Part shown: one piece after another, positions 36,581-43,099 of the stretch
Layout of the letters: each line of letters opens with the position of its first letter
How positions within the stretch are numbered: position 1 is the stretch's first letter
Assembly (NCBI GenBank): GCA_031409655.1
Contig: JANNXQ010000133.1
Coordinates: 1 to 43,099 of the forward strand
Source: Chthoniobacteraceae bacterium
Lineage (GTDB): Bacteria > Verrucomicrobiota > Verrucomicrobiia > Chthoniobacterales > Chthoniobacteraceae
DNA length: 43,099 nt
Reading direction: 5' to 3'
The notes under the pieces: generated by a model
Databases searched by the model: none
Told to the model about the DNA's origin: nothing
The model's input: the letters and a program-made list of their open reading frames with translations, nothing else
Program-made: the position numbers and the translations under genes

Positions 36581-37594
36581 TCACGCCTCTCCGCCTTTGC
36601 GCAGCTTGGCCTTCTCCTTGTCGTATTCGTAGAAGGGTTCGCGGAAGAGATAGAGGAGCCAGTGCGCGAAGCCGGCGAGTGGTGAGTGGTAGCCGAGCCA
36701 GGCGAGGAAGGCGTTATTGAAACAGATCAGGCCCGGGTAGTCGGTCCACTTGCGGACGAGGTAGAAGGGCACTTTTTGGAAACGCGCCGGGTCGGTATTG
36801 AGCCGAATAGCCGCGAACTCGCCCCACCAGCCACGGGACTGGAAGTAGCGCAGATAAGCCACGCGTTCCTCGGGGATCTGCATGATGCGGCAGCAGACCC
36901 GATCCGCGGCCACGAGGTCATTCGAGCCGAGGACGAAGTTGAAATCGATGACGTCGCCAAGCATCGGGCCGGTGCGATTCAGGCCATACCGGCCATCGAT
37001 CAGCGAGTAGGCGCGCGGCAGGCGGCGATTGAACTCGTACATCACCTCCGCGAAATACGGGTGCAGCTTGAGCCGTTCATTCGGTTCCTGGATGCAGCCC
37101 CACTGGTTCTTGATCGACATGGAGACCAGCGTGTTCATGTGGATCTTCGGCACGGGGAGCGTGATGAAGGCGTCGATCTCGCGGAGCAGCAGGCGCGGAA
37201 AAGGCACGCGCAACTTCCGCCATCCGGCCCGGACCTCGGTCCACTCGGGCTCGGTGAAACTCAGATTCACGACCTCGGCCCCGGTCTCCTTCGCGAGTTC
37301 GTAGATGCCCATGCCCTTGAAGACTTCGTCCATCGAGAAGCGATTGTAACCACCACTGTCCGCCTCGCCGATCACCACCTTGTAGCCGCGCGCCACGAGA
37401 CATTGGGTGACGGCGCGCAGGCAATCGAGCGACGTCATCACCCCGGGACGGAACTCGGGGAAGGTCAGGTTCGGCTTGAGGAAGACGCGCGCGCCCGCCG
37501 GCACATCCGTGAAGAAGCCGATCTCCGTGAGGGTCTCCGCAACCGCAGATGGATAGCCCGAGGCGAGGTCGTGAATGGAGACGATGGGAGACAT
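36581..37594 (-). CDS. DUF362-domain protein
   Basis: VFLKPN, IGEADSG, PVPKIH, SMSIKNQWGC, IDG..G..GP and DLVAAD. Confidence 0.85.
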   Translation of the reverse strand: MSPIVSIHDLASGYPSAVAETLTEIGFFTDVPAGARVFLKPNLTFPEFRPGVMTSLDCLRAVTQCLVARGYKVVIGEADSGGYNRFSMDEVFKGMGIYELAKETGAEVVNLSFTEPEWTEVRAGWRKLRVPFPRLLLREIDAFITLPVPKIHMNTLVSMSIKNQWGCIQEPNERLKLHPYFAEVMYEFNRRLPRAYSLIDGRYGLNRTGPMLGDVIDFNFVLGSNDLVAADRVCCRIMQIPEERVAYLRYFQSRGWWGEFAAIRLNTDPARFQKVPFYLVRKWTDYPGLICFNNAFLAWLGYHSPLAGFAHWLLYLFREPFYEYDKEKAKLRKGGEA

Positions 37595-37598
37595 GGGA

Positions 37599-37628
37599 AA
37601 TGACCAATGACCAATGACCGCTGACCAA
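37599..37628. repeat. Heptamer tandem (AATGACC)x3 plus one degenerate copy
   Basis: AATGACC-AATGACC-AATGACC-GCTGACC-AA, ending 4 nt upstream of the DUF362 ATG; single arm only. Confidence 0.8.
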
Positions 37629-37642
37629 GCAACTCCGGCGAC

Positions 37643-39949
37643 TCACTTCACCGCGAGGCAGTCGTCGTAAATGCGGACGATCTTCGCGACCATGCCCGTG
37701 AGCGAAAACCGCTCGGTGATCCGCCGCTGGCCGGCGGCACCGAAGCTCTCGCGCAGCGCCGCGTCTTTCACCAGGCGTTCGAGTTTATCGGCCAGCGCCA
37801 CGGGATCGGCGGGTGGCACGAGGAAGCCCGTCACCCCATCGGCGACCTGCTCGGTGGAGCCCCCCACATTCGTGGCCACCACCGGCATGCTCATGCACAT
37901 GGCCTCCATGACCACACCGCCAAAGGGCTCCGGCTGCGCCGACGGCAGCACCGCGACATCCATCGTCGCGTAGGCCGCGCGCGGATCGCGGAGTTCGCCG
38001 GTGAAAATCACGTCGTCCGTGATGCCGGCGTCGCGGGCGATCGCGCGCATTTTTTCGAGGTGCGATTCATTGCCGGGAAAAGGCGCGCCGACGACCAGCA
38101 GCTTCACCGGCACACCACGCTGCTTCAGCAGACCGGCAGCCTGGATGAGAAACTCCTGGCCTTTCCGGATCAGCTTCAGCCGCCCCACACAACCGATCAC
38201 CGGCGTGCCATTGAGCTGATGCTGGTCGCGAAACGCGGTGACCGCGAGAGCGTCCGGCGCGGCGAATTCCTCGAGCTCAAAACCATCGTGGACCACCTTC
38301 ACCCCGGAGTTCGCGGAGAACTGCTCGGCGACTGGCGTGGAGACCGCGACGATCTGCGTCGAGAAGGTCCGAATGTAAAATGCATACAGCGGCCAAAAGA
38401 CGCTGAACTCCTGAAAGTAGTCGCGGATGTGCCAGATATTTGGCACCCCAGCGAGCCAGGCTGCGGGCCCTGGAGCGAGCATCACGCCAGTGTTCGTATG
38501 CACGAGATGGACGGCGTGCTTTTTGATCAGCCGGCGCAGGCGCCAGACGGAGCGCGGGATATCGAGGAGGAAAAAGAGGAGCTTCCACGAAGAGAAGACG
38601 TCACGAGTGATCGCGCTGAGATGCGGGAAGACGATCGTCTCGACCTTCTCCTCCCGCAGCGCTGCCTCGAGCGGCCCACTTTCCGGGATGACGACCAAGG
38701 GCTCGAAGCGCGTGCGATCGAGACGCGAAATCAGCCGCACCAGACACCGGCTGGCGCCATAGACGTCCGCGCTGTTGTTGACGAACAGAACCTTCGTGCG
38801 CATCGGCCTCACGTGCTGTTGGTAAAGGTTGGCGATGGAAATTGCCATCTCTTTGAGCGCGAACTGCCGCTCGACGCGGAGATGGCCGCATTCGCCGAAA
38901 CGCTTTCGCAGGTCTGAGTCACTCAGGAGAGCGTGCAGCTTCTGGGCCAGCGCCCCAGCATCTCGAGGCGGCACGAGCCACCCGGTCTCCCCTTCGACCA
39001 CCTGCTCCACGGAACCGCCGATGGCCGTGGCGATGACCGGCAGGCGGAAGCACATCGCCTCCATGACCACGCCGCCAAAAGGCTCGGGCTGCGCCGAAGG
39101 CAGGACGAAGACATCCATCGCCGCGTAGGCCGGGCGCGGGTCCGCGATCTCCCCGGTGAAGATCACGTCGTCCGCCAGCCCGGCCTGCTCGGCTTGCGCT
39201 TGCAACTGCGCAAGGTGCGACTCATTGCCAGGATACGGAGCGCCCACGATCAGATACTTCGCCCGCACCCCGCGCTCCTTCAGCAGCCGCGCTGCCTCGA
39301 TGAGCACCTCCTGGCCTTTGCGGTGCATCTTGATCCTGCCCACGCAGCCGACGACGAGCGCCGCGCTGACACCATACTTTTCCCGAAACGCCACCCCTGC
39401 CTGGGGCTCGACTGCAAACTCTCCAACGTCGAACCCATTGTGTACGACCCGCACCTGCGAACGGTCGCGGAACTGCGCCGCGATCGCTTCCGAGACGGCC
39501 AGGATGCGCCCGGAAAAAAAACGCACCCACGCCTCATAGATCCACCAAAAGCTGCGGAATTCCTGAAACGAATCCCGGATGTGCCAGAAGTGCGGCACAT
39601 TCGCTAGCCACGCGGCCGGGCCAGACGACAGGATCACACCCGTATTCGTATGCACGAGGTCGATCTTTTCGTGCAGCACCATCCGCCACAGGCGGAGAGC
39701 GGAGAATGGGATATTCAGCAGGAAAAATGGCAGGCGCCATGAATGAAAGACATCGCGCGTAATCACGCAGAGCGTCGGGAAGATGATCACGCGGACGTCC
39801 ATGGCGCGCAGCCGCTCCGCCAGCGCCCCCTCGGACGGCAGCACCACGACCGGCGAAAAGCGCGTGCGATCCAACTCGCCCAGCAGACGCAGGAGCGAAC
39901 GGCTCGCGCCGTAGATGTCGGCGCTATTGTGAACGTAGAGAATCCGCAT
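37643..39949 (-). CDS. Tandem double glycosyltransferase family 4 (GT4-GT4)
   Basis: Two similar halves beginning NSADIYGASR and NSADVYGASR, each with KGQE and PSAQPEPFGGVVMEAM. Confidence 0.92.
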   Translation of the reverse strand: MRILYVHNSADIYGASRSLLRLLGELDRTRFSPVVVLPSEGALAERLRAMDVRVIIFPTLCVITRDVFHSWRLPFFLLNIPFSALRLWRMVLHEKIDLVHTNTGVILSSGPAAWLANVPHFWHIRDSFQEFRSFWWIYEAWVRFFSGRILAVSEAIAAQFRDRSQVRVVHNGFDVGEFAVEPQAGVAFREKYGVSAALVVGCVGRIKMHRKGQEVLIEAARLLKERGVRAKYLIVGAPYPGNESHLAQLQAQAEQAGLADDVIFTGEIADPRPAYAAMDVFVLPSAQPEPFGGVVMEAMCFRLPVIATAIGGSVEQVVEGETGWLVPPRDAGALAQKLHALLSDSDLRKRFGECGHLRVERQFALKEMAISIANLYQQHVRPMRTKVLFVNNSADVYGASRCLVRLISRLDRTRFEPLVVIPESGPLEAALREEKVETIVFPHLSAITRDVFSSWKLLFFLLDIPRSVWRLRRLIKKHAVHLVHTNTGVMLAPGPAAWLAGVPNIWHIRDYFQEFSVFWPLYAFYIRTFSTQIVAVSTPVAEQFSANSGVKVVHDGFELEEFAAPDALAVTAFRDQHQLNGTPVIGCVGRLKLIRKGQEFLIQAAGLLKQRGVPVKLLVVGAPFPGNESHLEKMRAIARDAGITDDVIFTGELRDPRAAYATMDVAVLPSAQPEPFGGVVMEAMCMSMPVVATNVGGSTEQVADGVTGFLVPPADPVALADKLERLVKDAALRESFGAAGQRRITERFSLTGMVAKIVRIYDDCLAVK

Positions 39950-40024
39950 GGAGGGGGACGCGCGAAACTACAGGGAACTATGTATGGAGCAACGCTGGAG
40001 GCGGCCTTCGCTCGGACCAGCGAA

Positions 40025-41377
40025 TCAGAAGTCTTTCCTCACGATATACAGGAATTTGCCGCTCGCGCTCTCGGGAATGCGGTCCGTGCGCGCGATGGTG
40101 AGTGCGGCATCCGCACCGAGCACCGCCCGGAGATCCGCGTCGATCTTGCCGCGCAGCACCTCAAAGGCCGTGGCGTCGCATCCGGCATCGAGCTGCAAAG
40201 TAAGCCCGTAGCGGCGAGCGGACTCCTGCACAAATTGGAAGCGCGCGATGCTCCCAGAATTATGCACCACGCCGATGAGATGCCGGATGTACACGGGGCT
40301 GACGTAGCCACCGCTCGTCGAGGTCACCCGCTCCGTGAGCCGCCCCTCCACCCGCAGCAGCAGCGGGAGCGGCGACCCGCACGCGCAAGTCCCCTCCCCG
40401 AGCGCGCCGAGATCGCCGATCTCGTAGCGGATGATCGGGAAGCGATGATTTAAAAGCAGCGTCACCAGGATGCGCCCCGTGACGCCCGCGGGCACCACCC
40501 GGCCCGCATCGTCCACTACCTCCAGATGCACGCCCGTGCCGTAGATGTGGAATCCACCTTGAGCGCATTCACAGGCCATGTCCGCGCACTCGCGGCTGCC
40601 GTACTTATTGTGCACCCGCGCGCCGAAAACCCGCACCAGCCTCTCGCGGACATCGTCCGTCACCGTCCCCGCACAGGCCATGATGTCCTCCAACGATCGC
40701 ACCGGGAGTCCGCGCTTTTCCGCAAACCGCGCGAGCTGATCCGCCCCTTCCACATAGGCCATCAGATGCCCGATCCCCGACTCCCGCATCTCCCGCAAGT
40801 AAGCCGTCATCCGCTCCTCATCCATCAGGAAGGCATTGAGCGGATGCACCCGCAGCAGCGCATTCATCGCCCGGCGCGGGTAGGAATCGCGCGCCGAATT
40901 GATATCCCGCATCGAGCCCCAGAGCTTGAAGTGCGGCGTACCGGGCGGAAAGCCGCATAGATACTGCGAGTAGAGCCGCCCCGCGCGCCCCCAATCGCGG
41001 AAATCCCGATCGTGAATCACCACCGTCGGCGTCCCCGTCGAGCCCCCCGTCTTCACCTCCACCCACGAATACCCACGCGGCTTCCCCCCGCGAAACTCCG
41101 CCAGTAGCGAAGGCTCCATGAACGCCTCGAAATGCGCATGCAGCTCCTCTTTCCGCAGGATCGGAAACGCCGCCAGCTCCGCCACCGCCGCCCGCTCGCG
41201 GTAGTAGGGAATGTGTTCCCGCGCGTGCTTCAGCAACCCACCGAGCCGCTCCGCGTGCAGCGTCGCAAACTTCTCCGCAGTCCACCGCCCCGCCGCCAGA
41301 AACTCCGCGTAGTACCGACGCAAGTCCGACCCCATCGCATCATGCGCGAGCAGGAAGGCGTGTTCGGAGAGATTCAT
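40025..41377 (-). CDS. Phenylacetate-CoA ligase family protein (CapK-like)
   Basis: FPILRKEEL, TGGSTGTP, YGSREC, ACEC, PIIRYEIGD, CACG...VEGR and SGKF. Start at ATG 41377. Confidence 0.85.
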   Translation of the reverse strand: MNLSEHAFLLAHDAMGSDLRRYYAEFLAAGRWTAEKFATLHAERLGGLLKHAREHIPYYRERAAVAELAAFPILRKEELHAHFEAFMEPSLLAEFRGGKPRGYSWVEVKTGGSTGTPTVVIHDRDFRDWGRAGRLYSQYLCGFPPGTPHFKLWGSMRDINSARDSYPRRAMNALLRVHPLNAFLMDEERMTAYLREMRESGIGHLMAYVEGADQLARFAEKRGLPVRSLEDIMACAGTVTDDVRERLVRVFGARVHNKYGSRECADMACECAQGGFHIYGTGVHLEVVDDAGRVVPAGVTGRILVTLLLNHRFPIIRYEIGDLGALGEGTCACGSPLPLLLRVEGRLTERVTSTSGGYVSPVYIRHLIGVVHNSGSIARFQFVQESARRYGLTLQLDAGCDATAFEVLRGKIDADLRAVLGADAALTIARTDRIPESASGKFLYIVRKDF

Positions 41378-41476
41378 CGGGCCAAACCTTGAGACGCCCG
41401 CGCCCCTGTCGAGATATTTCATGAACGGCGCAGTTTCGCCAAAGCCATGCCGGGAGTACCAGGAGCGCTCGCCCGC

Positions 41477-41514
41477 AAAAAAACGGAGGCGCATCCTCTT
41501 CGGATGCGCCCCCG
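41477..41514 (-). terminator. Intrinsic terminator after the FN3-like orphan gene
   Basis: Minus strand reads CGGGGGCGCATCC-GAAGA-GGATGCGCCTCCG-TTTTTTT. Confidence 0.85.
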
Positions 41515-41554
41515 CCAGTAACCTCAAGAAATCAAACCGAGAGCTCCCACCCGC

Positions 41555-42598
41555 CTACGCCACCCGCGAATGCCGCAACGTCCCATTGCCCTTCCCATTC
41601 CCATTCTCGTGTCCATTGGAACTCTCCGCCTCCGGCGCTTCCTCCACCTTCTGGCGTTTCGGCGCCGCAACCCCTTTAGCCCCTGGCAGCGTAAAGACGA
41701 TCGGCTCACTTGCCACCCCCTGCTTATCCCCATTCACCGCTTGCACGATGATCTCCACCGGCTGCCCCGGCACCACCCCCGAGATCGCACCCATCGGCTC
41801 CGTCGTGCTCAGCGCCAGCTTATACTCCGTCTCCACCCCCACCAGCAGCATCCGCCAGCGATAACGCTTCGCCAGCGGCACCGCCTCACATTGCACCACG
41901 ATCGCACCTGTCTCATCCGTATGCGCCGACACATTTACCGGTTGCCCCGGCGTGGACTTAGCCGCCGGCATATTCAGGCCAAAGTTCAGCCACCGCGGAT
42001 CATCCTTCGCCAGCTTACCTTCCAGATTCTTAATCAGCGCCCGCATCGCCGCCGTCAGCGTCTCATAGGCACTCGTCCACTTGGTTCCGATCTCATTCAG
42101 CGCCACCTCCACGTCCGCCACGGCCGTCTGCGCCTTCAGCGCCACCGAGCGGAGCGCCTCCCCCTCCGCCGCCGTCTGCTTCAGCGTCGGCACCTCATAC
42201 CCTGGATTCTTCGTGAAAAACTTCACCAGCGACAAAGTAAGTCCCAGCCGATCCTCCAGCTTTGAGGGGATCGCCGTGCTATTATTGATAAAACCCGCCT
42301 GCGCCCACTCCGTGGACCAGCGCGTGCCAAAGCGAGTCGCCAGCGTATTACTTACTCCCAGCAGCCACTCATACACTGGCCCCATCGCATCTTGAAACGT
42401 CAGCGAAGCCTTCAGCCGCGCACTCCGCGCCGCATTGAAGTCCGCCTCCAGCCCACTGAAGACATCCACATCCGTCTGCATCTCCGCCGCCGTCACCATG
42501 GTGATGGGAATCGCCGCTCCGAGTTGAACGATCCCCGTGTACATCTTAAAGCCCAGCCCGACGAGCTGCGCCGCATTGGTAGGTAAGTTGTTATTCAT
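41555..42598 (-). CDS. Hypothetical protein: helical N-terminal region plus C-terminal fibronectin-III-like domain
   Basis: C-terminal PGQPVNV...IVVQCEAVPLAKRY...PGQPVEIIVQAVNGDKQGVASEP resembles FN3; followed by its own terminator. Start assumed at ATG 42598. Confidence 0.65.
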   Translation of the reverse strand: MNNNLPTNAAQLVGLGFKMYTGIVQLGAAIPITMVTAAEMQTDVDVFSGLEADFNAARSARLKASLTFQDAMGPVYEWLLGVSNTLATRFGTRWSTEWAQAGFINNSTAIPSKLEDRLGLTLSLVKFFTKNPGYEVPTLKQTAAEGEALRSVALKAQTAVADVEVALNEIGTKWTSAYETLTAAMRALIKNLEGKLAKDDPRWLNFGLNMPAAKSTPGQPVNVSAHTDETGAIVVQCEAVPLAKRYRWRMLLVGVETEYKLALSTTEPMGAISGVVPGQPVEIIVQAVNGDKQGVASEPIVFTLPGAKGVAAPKRQKVEEAPEAESSNGHENGNGKGNGTLRHSRVA

Positions 42599-42772
42599 GA
42601 TACCCACCTGACCTAGCAACACGCGTGCCACACACATCTTCGCAACTAATTTCCCGCTCTGGCCGCCGCCGCAGACCATGCCGCCCGGCATCGTTCACCA
42701 TCAGCCCCCACACACACCCAAGCTCACCTACTGCGTCCCGGAACCCGCGCTGCTTTCGACCAGCGGAGTGCG

Positions 42773-42960
42773 ATTCAAGTTTCAAGAGTTGACCCCGGTC
42801 ACGGCTCTTGAAACTTGAATACACCCTTCATCCCCTGCACAACTTCCAGCGGGGGCGAGAGGGGTCAACTCTTGAAACTTGAATACACCCTTCATCCCCT
42901 GCACAACTTCCAGCGTGTCATGTTTCAAGCGTTGACCCCGTTCCCCGACCCCGTTCCCCC
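42773..42960. repeat. Nested inverted and direct repeat cluster (GGGGTCAA...TTGACCCC type)
   Basis: Perfect 24-bp inverted repeat at 42773-42796 and 42861-42884; perfect 47-bp direct repeat at 42805-42851 and 42869-42915; degenerate arm at 42919-42939; duplicated GACCCCGTTCCCC tail. Confidence 0.9.
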
Positions 42961-43099
42961 GTTCGCTGAGGGTATGTGGGTGGGATGAATGAGATCGACA
43001 GAGAGCGGAGTCGTGTGGCAGATGCCGATTGAGAGAACTGGAAAACCCACTCTTTCAGAAGGCGAGCCGCCGAAAGCCCGTGCGCTGCAGTGGGGTTAC

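Noticed and set aside
42773..42940. Possible CRISPR array
   Set aside because: Only two direct units with identical internal sequence, arms in mixed orientation, and no cas genes in the window.
43022..43099. Possible gene start MPIERTGKPTLSEGEPPKARALQWGY, or a structured RNA, at the window edge
   Set aside because: Too short to assign; no group II intron domain V or tRNA pattern recognised.

Overview
High-GC bacterial chromosomal segment. Gene content (PVC-type heme protein, double-length UvrA, RNase HIII, Rieske plus cytochrome b-c fusion) suggests the PVC superphylum, probably Verrucomicrobiota; this is an inference. In order: a partial sugar ABC ATPase; a PVC-type CxxCH protein; an ECF sigma/anti-sigma/PDZ triad; a DNA-maintenance cluster (mutY, rnhC, HU/IHF, double uvrA); Rieske and cytochrome b-diheme c genes; a GT2; an ISKra4-like IS with intact ends, a target duplication, a -1 slippery site and a second, probably disabling, frameshift; a four-gene unit (membrane protein, winged-helix regulator, ispH, ferritin-like protein) carrying three copies of an ACTTTG-N5-CAAAG palindrome; der; pgsA; an orphan 624-aa GT-like protein; FecR and beta-barrel genes divergent from a CHASE2 adenylate cyclase; bcp; a signal-peptide-bearing glutamate racemase homologue; divergent KDG-type and gluconate-type kinases; ACT and secreted proteins; polysaccharide genes (CapK-like, GT4-GT4, DUF362); an FN3-like orphan; and a nested repeat cluster. 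The most notable signals are the putative operator-defined ispH/ferritin-like regulon and the many small palindromic or heptamer elements, four of them read in frame inside uvrA. No rRNA, tRNA or CRISPR array was recognised. All family calls are from motif reading, not database searches.
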